Position numbers and translations under genes: made by a program. Below, piece by piece: positions 1-9,024 of a DNA stretch of 37,265 nt (position 1 is its first letter; the number at the start of each line of letters is the position of its first letter). Origin of the DNA: a virus (taxonomy: Duplodnaviria; Caudoviricetes); IMG/VR virus record IMGVR_UViG_3300032232_001386, positions 1 to 37,265 of that record, one strand, 5' to 3'. Under the pieces are notes generated by a model. The model did no database searches. It saw only the letters and a program-made list of their open reading frames with translations, and was not told where the DNA came from.

Positions 1-2241
1 AAAATAAATTCATTAAGCGGAGTTTCAGTATTAACATTTGGTGATCAAAATATTTATGGCAATAAAATTTTTGCCAACAATATTAATGTTTCTGGAAGTG
101 GATTTTTCAATGCCCTTGATGTAAACAATGTTGATATATTAAGTTTATCTGGAGTAGATATTTCAATAACAAATGGAAATGTTAGTTTAACAAATCGTCC
201 AACCGTAAATGGTACTGGTGTTGTTTTGATTGGAGAACTTAACCCAATCATAGTAAATACTGGAAGCTTACTAAATAACAAGATAAATTCCCTTAGCGGA
301 TATGTAAATTCACAAGATATTATTTTTAGTGGACAGATTGCTTCTAGTGGGTCGAGCTTATACAATAGCATTATAGCGTTAAGCGGTTTATTCACAGGAT
401 ATACAGGATCTCTAGATGCTAATTTCGCAACGGACGCACAATTATTTAGTACGGGTTCAGCTCTGAACAATAAGATTAATTCCTTGAGTGGGTACGTCAA
501 TTCACAAGATTCTATTTTCAGCGGTCAGATTTTCAACACTGGAAATATACTAGATAATAAAATCAATAGTCTCAGCGGTTATGTTGATAGTAAATCAATA
601 GTTTTACCAACTACGATTGTTTATACGACTGGAAATCAAACTGTTTCTGGAATTAAAACTTTTGCTAATGGAGCAAATCAAATTTTAAATACCACATATT
701 CAAACTTAACAGGCTTAAAAGCAATTAGCGGATTATTAAGCGGTCAATTATATAGAATTTCAGATTTTGTTCTTAAATGGAATAACCAATCAATAAATGA
801 TCAAACAGTAAAAACAGCAGCTTTTGGCGAGCCTCTTATTGTGACTGCTCTTTCTAATAATAAAATATCTTATTTAGCACAATCAGAAACTTATCCTCAA
901 GACACAATTTATTATGATATAAATGCAATTGGATCTTATTCTTGGGGAACTATTAATAATAATGTAGCTATACCAGACTTTAAAGGTTGGATTTATAGAA
1001 GAGTAGATAATCTTCTAAATATTGATATTCCTTATGATTGGAGAAACATAACAGTTAATTGCTGTAAACCAGACGTTAGTTCTGTGCCTAATTATTCTGG
1101 TAATTATCAATATAATAGATTAGACGTTGTTAGAGCAACTGGAGCAGGCGTTTTGGGTCCAACAGGTAAGTTATATTATTCTCTTGTAACAGGCAATAGT
1201 GGTCATAATTTCAGTGAAGATTATTTTTGGAGTCCATTATCACCTCATACTGAAAGTGGAACTTATTTTGCTACAGATGAAAGTTATGGATTTCAAGCTC
1301 TATGGGATGATGCGGGTATAGAAGATTTTAGAGTAAACTTACCAGCTATTACTGGTTCAAGAATTCAACAACCAATTTTTACTAATACTCTTTCCTCACA
1401 AGGAACTTTTTATTTAGATAATGTTCATGATATAAAAATAGAAGGTGGCGATAGTAATGTGATACTTGGAATTGCTTTTTACTCCAATACTATTGGAAAT
1501 AATTTTAAAAATAACACTATTGGACCATATTTTTACCAGAATACTATTGGAAATAATTTTCAAAATAACATTATTGGAGCTACGGTATATACTTTTGTTG
1601 GAAATATTATTGGAGATGATTTTCAATATAACAATATTGCTAGAGATTTTCATAATAATACCATTGAAAATTATATGAGATATAATAGTATAAGAACGTG
1701 TGATAATAACTTTATTGGATATAATTTCTATGATAATATTACGCAAGATATGTACGCTTCCTCTATTGGAACAAATTTCAGTGTTAATATTATTCAAAAC
1801 ATTATGCAATACAATACTATAGGAAATAATTTTCAAAATAACATTATTGGATATAATTTTTACTTTAATACTATAGGAAACAGTTTTAACTTGAATACTA
1901 TAGGAAACAATTCTACCAGTAACACTATAGGAAATAGTTTTAGCGAGAACACTGTAGGAGACCTTTTTTACAATAACACTATTGGCAACAGTTTTAACAC
2001 TAACACAATTGGCTCAAATTTTAATAATAACACTATTGGCAACAGTTTTAACACTAACACTGTAGGAAATGGTTTTAAGGCTAACACTAGTGAAGATAAT
2101 TTCGGCTCCATAGATTTTACATCAGCAACTCATGTATATAACTATTATAATACAACATTATTTCAAAATTCAGCAAACTCCATGAGATTAAGATATTTCA
2201 ACAGTAGCGACCAACTAGTAGTAACTGATCCAACAGCATAA
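1..2241 (+). CDS. Tail fibre/spike-like virion protein, 5' truncated
   Basis: Frame 1 is open from base 1 (KINSLSGVSVLTFGDQNIYGNKIF...), so the TTG at 226 is not the true start. It has LxNKINSLSG repeats, a TTGNQTVSGIKTF fibre motif and a C-terminal 9-aa NTIGNxFxx repeat array. Confidence 0.75.
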   Translation, partial: KINSLSGVSVLTFGDQNIYGNKIFANNINVSGSGFFNALDVNNVDILSLSGVDISITNGNVSLTNRPTVNGTGVVLIGELNPIIVNTGSLLNNKINSLSGYVNSQDIIFSGQIASSGSSLYNSIIALSGLFTGYTGSLDANFATDAQLFSTGSALNNKINSLSGYVNSQDSIFSGQIFNTGNILDNKINSLSGYVDSKSIVLPTTIVYTTGNQTVSGIKTFANGANQILNTTYSNLTGLKAISGLLSGQLYRISDFVLKWNNQSINDQTVKTAAFGEPLIVTALSNNKISYLAQSETYPQDTIYYDINAIGSYSWGTINNNVAIPDFKGWIYRRVDNLLNIDIPYDWRNITVNCCKPDVSSVPNYSGNYQYNRLDVVRATGAGVLGPTGKLYYSLVTGNSGHNFSEDYFWSPLSPHTESGTYFATDESYGFQALWDDAGIEDFRVNLPAITGSRIQQPIFTNTLSSQGTFYLDNVHDIKIEGGDSNVILGIAFYSNTIGNNFKNNTIGPYFYQNTIGNNFQNNIIGATVYTFVGNIIGDDFQYNNIARDFHNNTIENYMRYNSIRTCDNNFIGYNFYDNITQDMYASSIGTNFSVNIIQNIMQYNTIGNNFQNNIIGYNFYFNTIGNSFNLNTIGNNSTSNTIGNSFSENTVGDLFYNNTIGNSFNTNTIGSNFNNNTIGNSFNTNTVGNGFKANTSEDNFGSIDFTSATHVYNYYNTTLFQNSANSMRLRYFNSSDQLVVTDPTA
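271..591 (+). repeat. Three copies of L(N/D)NKINSLSGYV(N/D)S
   Basis: Copies start at 271, 463 and 550. The protein sequence is nearly identical but the codons differ. Confidence 0.9.
1480..2100 (+). repeat. 27-nt (9-aa) NTIGNxFxx tandem array, probable beta-solenoid
   Basis: About 20 degenerate units. An exact 35-bp duplication lies at 1972-2006 and 2026-2060, and a near-exact 39-bp pair at 1540-1578 and 1813-1851. Confidence 0.9.
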
Positions 2242-2246
2242 AACTT

Positions 2247-2495
2247 ATGAAAAATATATTTATAACCAAAGACGCTTACATAAACAATTCAGTTAGAGTA
2301 AACTACTTTGAAAAAGATTCTATTAAAAAAATAAAATTTTCTCAATTTAATCAAGAAACAAAAAAACTAGAAATAGTAGAGCGCGAGGAGACTTATGATA
2401 AATTACTATTTTGCGAAAGACTAACTTGGGTTGAAAATGAATCTGAATTAGAAGGTGTAATTCAAGATAAGAAAGCGTACTTCGAGAAAGAATAA
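2247..2495 (+). CDS. Small hypothetical protein, possible fibre chaperone
   Basis: 82-aa ATG ORF that fills the gap between two fibre genes. Function is inferred from position only. Confidence 0.6.
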   Translation: MKNIFITKDAYINNSVRVNYFEKDSIKKIKFSQFNQETKKLEIVEREETYDKLLFCERLTWVENESELEGVIQDKKAYFEKE

Positions 2496-2497
2496 AT

Positions 2498-4756
2498 ATG
2501 GCAACAGTAATCCACATTATTGACAAAAATCTTCCTGTTTATGCCACTGGAAATCAAATTATTTCTGGAGTCAAAACTTTTGCATCTCGTCCTACAGTAA
2601 ATGGAACTGGATTTTTACTAAGTGGCGAAGCTGAAAATATTACTTTACCAAATACTATAGTTTATACTACTGGAGATCAACTTATCTCTGGCGACAAAAC
2701 TTTTCTTAACAATATAGCAGTATCTGGAACTGGTAATTTCAACAATGTCAAAGTTTCTAACATAGACAAACTATTCTTGTCAGGGATAGACATTGTAATA
2801 ACTGGTAATTCATCGATTAACGTATACAATACCATATATATAAGTGGAAATTCTGTATTAACTGGAGCAATACCCTCATCTCAAACAATAACAGACGTAG
2901 TCTATGCAACTGGAAATCAAATTATTTCTGGAAATAAAATCTTTATTAACAACATAGGAGTTTCTGGAACTGGAAACTTTAACAACATCAAGGTTTCAAG
3001 TATCGACAACCTATTTTTGTCAGGTATAGATATAGTAGTAACAGGAAACTCGTCAATTAATGTTAATAATCCTATTTATATAAGTGGAAATGCAGTATTA
3101 ACTGGAATTAATCTTGCCTCTTACGCCACAACTTCTAATTTAGCTATTACTGGTTCAATATTAGATCAAAAAATAAATTCACTAAGTGGATCTTCAGTAT
3201 TAATTTTTGGTAATCAAAATATTTTTGGAACTAAAAGTTTTATATCAAATACATTTTTTGATAAAGATATTACTGTTACTGGAAACATAAGAGGATCAGG
3301 AGCAGCTTTTTTTAATGGTAATTTAAATGTAGTAAATACTTTAAATGTTAGCGGTAATTTAAATATTGGTGGAAGTTTGAGTGCCCCAAATGTAGTCTTA
3401 ACAAGGAATAGACAAACTATAAGCGGAGTTAAAACTTTCGTAGACGATATGAGTCTTAATGCTTATACAGGTAATGGATATGATGATACTAATCTTGATT
3501 ATCGTTTAAATATTGGTGGAGATGTAAATGAAAATGTAGGAATACAAATTGATGCATATGGAATTAATCCGCCTCAAATATTAATGAGAAGAGCCCGTGG
3601 AATTCCAACTGGACTTTCTGGAGTGTTAAGAGATGATGTTTTATTCAACTTGCAAGCAAGAGGTTATGTTTCTGGATTAAATAATTATTCTACAAATAGT
3701 AGAGCCGCAATAAGATTAATTGCAGCAGAAGATTGGGTTGGAAGAGACGGCTATACTGGTCAAGGAACATATATTTTATTTAGATCAACTAATATTGGTG
3801 CGGGCACAGCAATAGATAAAGTAGTGATTTCAACCAGCGGAATTAATGTTTTAGATGGAAATATCTTTATAAATGGATATCCAGTAGTCAATACAACTTC
3901 AAACCAAACTATTTCTGGAAGTAAAACATTTTTTGATTCTGGAATCTTTTCAAATGGAGGAACGCCAGCTGTACCATTATTAAATAATCCATTATCAATA
4001 GTTGGTAGCGGAAATAATTACTTACAAGTTAATATACAAAATCGTGCAAGTGGTAAATTTGCTAGTGCAGATTTAGTTATCACAGCTAACAATGGAACAG
4101 ATAATACTAATTATATTAATCTTGGCATAAATAATAGTGGATATAGTGATCCAGAATTTACTAACGGATCTGGTTTAGATGGATACTTATATATAGATGG
4201 CGGAAATTTGGATATTGGCACTAAAACTCCAGGAAAAATTATAGAGTTTCATGCTGGAGGAGTATCTCAAAATAGCACAATAGCAAGAATAGATTCTTCT
4301 GGAATAAATATACTTAGTGGTACCTATAGAGTTAATAATGTGCCAAGTAATACATTTACAATAAACTTTTTAAGTAGTAATGCTAATTTATCTGCTGGCG
4401 CTAATTATATTAGTAATGTTGGTGCGGGATATAGTCCCACTTTTTCAGATAGATCAATACCAATGTTTGAACCTTGCGCTGCAAGAAAAGCTTCAATAAG
4501 CTTATTGAATTCAGGCCCAGGAACTAATTTGGTTGGAGTTACTGGTTATTTTATTAATACATCCACAAATCCACCTCAAACTGGAATAATAAATTCTGCA
4601 ATTACCGCTCTTGTTGGAAGTAATCAATATACTTATACTGGAGCTTTTGCTAATCCAATTAATATTTCTCACGGAGATAACGTAGTATGTGCTATATTTA
4701 GCACTGGAACAACAACAAACGTTAGAACAGCTGCGTCGATATATTGCTATAATTAA
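2498..4756 (+). CDS. Tail fibre-like virion protein
   Basis: 752 aa with repeated TG(N/D)QxISGxKxF motifs and an internal duplication of about 80 aa. It shares RPTVNGTG and KINSLSG motifs with the upstream fibre. Confidence 0.75.
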   Translation: MATVIHIIDKNLPVYATGNQIISGVKTFASRPTVNGTGFLLSGEAENITLPNTIVYTTGDQLISGDKTFLNNIAVSGTGNFNNVKVSNIDKLFLSGIDIVITGNSSINVYNTIYISGNSVLTGAIPSSQTITDVVYATGNQIISGNKIFINNIGVSGTGNFNNIKVSSIDNLFLSGIDIVVTGNSSINVNNPIYISGNAVLTGINLASYATTSNLAITGSILDQKINSLSGSSVLIFGNQNIFGTKSFISNTFFDKDITVTGNIRGSGAAFFNGNLNVVNTLNVSGNLNIGGSLSAPNVVLTRNRQTISGVKTFVDDMSLNAYTGNGYDDTNLDYRLNIGGDVNENVGIQIDAYGINPPQILMRRARGIPTGLSGVLRDDVLFNLQARGYVSGLNNYSTNSRAAIRLIAAEDWVGRDGYTGQGTYILFRSTNIGAGTAIDKVVISTSGINVLDGNIFINGYPVVNTTSNQTISGSKTFFDSGIFSNGGTPAVPLLNNPLSIVGSGNNYLQVNIQNRASGKFASADLVITANNGTDNTNYINLGINNSGYSDPEFTNGSGLDGYLYIDGGNLDIGTKTPGKIIEFHAGGVSQNSTIARIDSSGINILSGTYRVNNVPSNTFTINFLSSNANLSAGANYISNVGAGYSPTFSDRSIPMFEPCAARKASISLLNSGPGTNLVGVTGYFINTSTNPPQTGIINSAITALVGSNQYTYTGAFANPINISHGDNVVCAIFSTGTTTNVRTAASIYCYN

Positions 4757-4769
4757 TGTTTTAAATATA

Positions 4770-4775
4770 GTGTAA
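4770..4775 (+). promoter_or_regulatory. GTGTAA putative late promoter motif
   Basis: Intergenic, 10 nt before ATG 4786. The motif recurs before other structural genes. Confidence 0.65.
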
Positions 4776-4785
4776 TTATTATTAT

Positions 4786-5298
4786 ATGATTATAAATACA
4801 GTAACATCTATTGCCCAAGAAATATACGAAGAATTGGGAGAACCTAGCGATCTTAGTATCGCGGCTATTGCTGCTTGGGTAAGAAGAAATATTGGTGGTT
4901 TAAATAATATGATTAATGCTACTTTTTCAGTAGATAGCTCAAGTCTGGAAATATCTCCTAATTTATCTGACATGGAAAAATATATATTTAAAAAAATGTA
5001 TTCTGTATATTTTTTTGACCTTAGAATCAAAAGTACAGGAAGTTTAGCAGCAACAGACTTTATTACAATTAAAGACGATATTGGTAGCGTTCAAAAAGCT
5101 AACAAAAATGAAATCTTAAAAAGCTACATATCAGTTAGAAAACAAGAGTATGATGAATTAAAAGATTTAGTAACTCAATATAAGGGTAATAATAGTTTCC
5201 CACTTCAAGTCGCTGGAGACGATACTATTCCAGGGGTTTATGATCCACTTTATAGAAATGCATTTTATAATATAAGAACAATTTGGTATTCAGCATAA
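4786..5298 (+). CDS. Putative head-tail adaptor
   Basis: 170 aa, helical-looking, first of four neck-sized genes before the tail tube. Call is by synteny. Confidence 0.5.
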   Translation: MIINTVTSIAQEIYEELGEPSDLSIAAIAAWVRRNIGGLNNMINATFSVDSSSLEISPNLSDMEKYIFKKMYSVYFFDLRIKSTGSLAATDFITIKDDIGSVQKANKNEILKSYISVRKQEYDELKDLVTQYKGNNSFPLQVAGDDTIPGVYDPLYRNAFYNIRTIWYSA

Positions 5299-5302
5299 TT
5301 TT

Positions 5303-5743
5303 ATGAGCTTTATAAACTCAACAGCTGCGGCAGAATTTTCGCAAGATTATGATAATTTTTTTACTTATTTCTCTAGGTCTTTTATTGTTCATAAAGAACC
5401 AATAAGAATAGTAGATCAAATTCAAAGTGCACCATTATATGGTTATGGATCTAGTTCGGATGCAGTAAATTTTACTTATATTCCTGTAACTGGAATTTTT
5501 AATGGAAGAATTTTTTATAATAATTCTAGAGATGTAGATGCAGTTAATAGTGATTTAAAATTAGTTTTTGCAAGAGGAGATGTTACTTTAAAAGTTAAGC
5601 AAGATGCAAGAGACTTTATTGCAAATGGAAGAACTATAAAACTTGAATTTGATGGAAAAACTTGGAATGTTATCACGGAAGATATTATTAAAAAATATTT
5701 AAATAATACATACTATGTATATGGATTGGAGCAAACAAAATAA
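5303..5743 (+). CDS. Putative head-closure (stopper) protein
   Basis: 146 aa, beta-rich, with a C-terminal FDGKTWNV segment resembling stopper proteins. Synteny fits. Confidence 0.5.
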   Translation: MSFINSTAAAEFSQDYDNFFTYFSRSFIVHKEPIRIVDQIQSAPLYGYGSSSDAVNFTYIPVTGIFNGRIFYNNSRDVDAVNSDLKLVFARGDVTLKVKQDARDFIANGRTIKLEFDGKTWNVITEDIIKKYLNNTYYVYGLEQTK

Positions 5744-5744
5744 T

Positions 5745-6335
5745 ATGGCTGCTAAAATTAATTTCAATCAAGTTAAACAAGAAATTGCAAGTTCATATGA
5801 AGCAGCTTTAAAAAAAGAAGCAGTTATTTTTGCTCAAGAAATTTTAAAAGAAAATTTAGATCAATATATAAACGAGATACAAGATCATCCAGTATCTAAA
5901 GAGCTAGATAGTGGTCCAGATGGAGAAAATATTAGTAACACTTTAAATGGAAAAGAAAATCTTTTTGCATTTATTGGTTTTGATAGCGAAGACAAACCAG
6001 TTGATGATCTTACTGCTTTAATTAAACAAAATACATTTTTAGATAAAAAATCAATTTTTGATAAAAAAACTTTTCAATTAAAATTTAATGTATTTACTCC
6101 TTCTTTAGATGAAATAAAATCTCAAACACCTCTTCCTTTTGAGCGTGGTAGAAGTTGGGTTAAAGGAGTAGAAGATGGTATTTCTGGATTTGGTTATTAT
6201 GTTTATGGATTAGTTTTTCCATCCAGCAGATCTGGCAGAGGAATTCAATCTAAAAATAAAGTTAGAGTTGCTGCGTATAGACCAGTAAAATATATGACAG
6301 AGCTTTATACCAAATTTATAAAAAATTTAAAATAA
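5745..6335 (+). CDS. Putative neck/tail-completion protein
   Basis: Likely start is ATG 5745 (MAAKINF), just after the upstream TAA. Basic C-terminus; synteny fits. Confidence 0.45.
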   Translation: MAAKINFNQVKQEIASSYEAALKKEAVIFAQEILKENLDQYINEIQDHPVSKELDSGPDGENISNTLNGKENLFAFIGFDSEDKPVDDLTALIKQNTFLDKKSIFDKKTFQLKFNVFTPSLDEIKSQTPLPFERGRSWVKGVEDGISGFGYYVYGLVFPSSRSGRGIQSKNKVRVAAYRPVKYMTELYTKFIKNLK

Positions 6336-6336
6336 A

Positions 6337-7206
6337 ATGATTCCACAATTTGATAATATTTTAATGACTAGCATGTTACTTTGGTTAGATAATAAAATAG
6401 TAACCAATGGTCAAGCTTACACTAATTACCAAAGCGTCTTTTACCCACTCTCAAATATGATATATGGATATTATACTTATGGCGCACCATTAAAGCAAAT
6501 GGTTATAGATTCTTCTATAAGTGGTGCAAATATTATAAGTGGAATTTATTTAAATGGAGTTTTTATAACTCCTGGTCAAAATAATTTAAGTGGAATTAAT
6601 GCTACAGAAGGTCAGCTATATTTTAGTCAGCCAATATCAAATCCTACAACAGCATTGAGTGGCAATTATGCTGTTAAAGATTATAATATATATTTAACTA
6701 GTAAAACAGAAGAAAATTTATTATTCGAGACTCAATATCAAATTAACCCTAAAACATATCAAAATCCAACTGGATTGCCAATCGGCTCTGAAACATATCC
6801 TGTTATATATTTAAAATATCAAGGTGGTAAAAATAAACCTCTTGCTTTTGGAGGTTTTGATCAAACAATAGGTAATGTTCGAGCTGTTATATTATCTGAT
6901 AGTGTATTTAGCCTTGATGCTGTAACAAGTATAATGAGAGATACTAGTCGAGAATTAATACCATTAATATATCCAAATGAAATGCCCTTTAATTCATTAG
7001 GATCAGTAAGTGTTTCAGGCAATAATTTCAATTACATTAAATATACAGCAAATAAAGCTAATACAGATGATTATTTGTATATTAATGAAGTCAATGTTAC
7101 TAAAACTGACACAAGACTACTTAATGCTACCAATAGCTTAAATAGAAATGTATACTCTGCTTTTGTTGATTTCGAGGTAGTAAAAAATAGATACCCAAGG
7201 CAATAA
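6337..7206 (+). CDS. Putative tail terminator
   Basis: 289 aa immediately before the tube gene, with a YPVIYL motif. Call is mainly by synteny. Confidence 0.45.
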   Translation: MIPQFDNILMTSMLLWLDNKIVTNGQAYTNYQSVFYPLSNMIYGYYTYGAPLKQMVIDSSISGANIISGIYLNGVFITPGQNNLSGINATEGQLYFSQPISNPTTALSGNYAVKDYNIYLTSKTEENLLFETQYQINPKTYQNPTGLPIGSETYPVIYLKYQGGKNKPLAFGGFDQTIGNVRAVILSDSVFSLDAVTSIMRDTSRELIPLIYPNEMPFNSLGSVSVSGNNFNYIKYTANKANTDDYLYINEVNVTKTDTRLLNATNSLNRNVYSAFVDFEVVKNRYPRQ

Positions 7207-7231
7207 AAAAGTAGGAAAAATAAAAAAATCA

Positions 7232-7237
7232 GTGTAA
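7232..7237 (+). promoter_or_regulatory. GTGTAA putative late promoter of the tube gene
   Basis: Intergenic, followed by an SD-like GGAG at 7249-7252 and ATG 7263. Confidence 0.65.
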
Positions 7238-7262
7238 TAACAATAAATGGAGAATAACTAAT

Positions 7263-8411
7263 ATGCCAAGAAATCGTATAATTTATCAATCAGAAGCTGT
7301 TTACGCTGGACCAGCTCCAGCAACAGGTTACCACTATGGAACATACACACCTGGAATTGGTGGAAGCACTAATACACCAGATCAAAATACAAACCTAGTT
7401 AAACAGCTACAAAGAATTCAAACAGCTAATTACAGCTTTACAGTAGATCGCACAGATGTTAATCAATTCGGACAACTAGCAGCTATTGATCGTGTAATTT
7501 TAACAAATCCAACGGTATCATTAGATTTTAGTTATATTAACTCAAATCTTTCTAATGAAAATCTTTTAGGATTCACAATTGCTTCTGGAAGCACTGATTC
7601 TGCTATTTCTGCTATTTCTGGATTTTTGAATAAAACTTCAGATGAAAGAAATTATTTCATTCGTACAACTCCAGAGGGTACAGACACAGTAGGATATACA
7701 GATAGTTCTTCTGCAAATAACGGAGTTATTGGAATCGGTAACGCATTCTTAACATCCTACTCCACAGAAGGTTCTGTTGGCAATTTCCCAACAACAACTA
7801 TCAATGTTGAAGGTTTGAATATGAATTTTCAAAATGGAATAAGTGGAAATTATGTTCCCGCTGTTAATCCAATAAACGGACAAGCTTTGTCAAATTATTA
7901 TCAATTAGCCCAAGCTGTTCAAAATATTGGAGTTGGAAGTGGAAACGCAATTAGTGCTCTACGCCCAGGAGATATTACATTATCATTAAGTAATACATTA
8001 GCTAGTGGAGTTGATGTTGATACAATGAACATTCAAAGTTACACATTGAGCTTTGATCTAGGACGTACACCGATTCAAAGATTAGGAAATAAATTTGCAT
8101 TCACAAGAGAAATTGACTTCCCATTAACAGTAACATTAAGTGTTGATGCTCAAGTCACAACAATGAATGCAGGAAATTTAGCTAATCTTGTAGTTGATGA
8201 TTCAGCCAAATATAATCCATCAATCACAATCAAGAGTCCATCTGACTCTACTCTAACTATGGCAAAATTCATCCTTAAGGGTGCAAAATTAGATAGTCAA
8301 GAATATAGTTCTGATATCGGTAGCAATAAATCTGTTACCCTTACATTCAGTGCTCAAGTTGGTGGTCCACAAGACACAGCTAACGGATTATTTATCAACG
8401 GACAATTCTAA
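7263..8411 (+). CDS. Major tail tube protein
   Basis: 382 aa, Ser/Thr/Gly-rich beta pattern with an internal duplication (IQTANYSFTVDRTDVNQFG and IQSYTLSFDLGRTPIQRLG). It has an SD and a terminator and lies upstream of the chaperones and TMP. Confidence 0.75.
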   Translation: MPRNRIIYQSEAVYAGPAPATGYHYGTYTPGIGGSTNTPDQNTNLVKQLQRIQTANYSFTVDRTDVNQFGQLAAIDRVILTNPTVSLDFSYINSNLSNENLLGFTIASGSTDSAISAISGFLNKTSDERNYFIRTTPEGTDTVGYTDSSSANNGVIGIGNAFLTSYSTEGSVGNFPTTTINVEGLNMNFQNGISGNYVPAVNPINGQALSNYYQLAQAVQNIGVGSGNAISALRPGDITLSLSNTLASGVDVDTMNIQSYTLSFDLGRTPIQRLGNKFAFTREIDFPLTVTLSVDAQVTTMNAGNLANLVVDDSAKYNPSITIKSPSDSTLTMAKFILKGAKLDSQEYSSDIGSNKSVTLTFSAQVGGPQDTANGLFINGQF

Positions 8412-8435
8412 TAAATAATACATAAATTAAGTTAT

Positions 8436-8471
8436 AAAATAACCCTCACGTTCTCGTGGGGGTTATTTTTT
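8436..8471 (+). terminator. Intrinsic terminator, possibly bidirectional
   Basis: Hairpin aaaataaccctcacg-ttct-cgtgggggttatttt with a T-run, just after the tube gene. Confidence 0.85.
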
Positions 8472-8477
8472 GTGTAA
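8472..8477 (+). promoter_or_regulatory. GTGTAA putative late promoter
   Basis: Directly after the terminator, followed by an AAGG-repeat leader and ATG 8516. Confidence 0.65.
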
Positions 8478-8515
8478 TTCAAGTTAAGGTAAGGGTTAGA
8501 TAAAGGTAAAAGATT

Positions 8516-8740
8516 ATGGAAAACGATCCTATAAAAGATATGACTCTTTTTCAGATAAAGAGAAAGATTACAAATATATATAAGAATTTCTTTTTTATTC
8601 TTGAAGATTTAGGAGATTCTGGTTATAATATAAATGATGAAACTTATCAAAAAATACGCAAAAGAATCCTTGATAATGCCAATGATGCAGTACGAGAGAT
8701 AGAAGAAAATTTCAGTAAAATTAACATAACGCTCAAATGA
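8516..8740 (+). CDS. Hypothetical protein, 74 aa
   Basis: ATG with an AAGG leader; ATGA overlap with the next gene. Confidence 0.7.
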   Translation: MENDPIKDMTLFQIKRKITNIYKNFFFILEDLGDSGYNINDETYQKIRKRILDNANDAVREIEENFSKINITLK

Positions 8741-9024
8741 AAACCAAGAAATTAAATTATAATTTTCCTATAGATGAGATAATTGAAGGAAATCTTTCTG
8801 TACAAAGCATACAAAAAAGCTTAAAAGATAACTTTGGAATTTTAAAAGCAAGTTTAACTACCTTTAAGAATCCCAATTTTATTAAAAATTATCAAAATTG
8901 GGATGATAACAAAAAACATCAATTTATTAAAACAATTGGTGGAGTAGTTTACTATGGTAAAATTAAAAATTATTTACAAGATTTAGTTAATAATAATGGA
9001 GAAAAAGATGAAAACAATGTTTGA
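8737..9024 (+). CDS. Hypothetical protein, 95 aa
   Basis: Translationally coupled ORF in the tail operon. Confidence 0.65.
   Translation: MKTKKLNYNFPIDEIIEGNLSVQSIQKSLKDNFGILKASLTTFKNPNFIKNYQNWDDNKKHQFIKTIGGVVYYGKIKNYLQDLVNNNGEKDENNV

Noticed and set aside
1860-2100. Diversity-generating retroelement suggested by AAC-rich repeats
   Set aside because: No reverse transcriptase and no non-coding template with adenine-only mismatches in this window. The repeats are in-frame tandem units.
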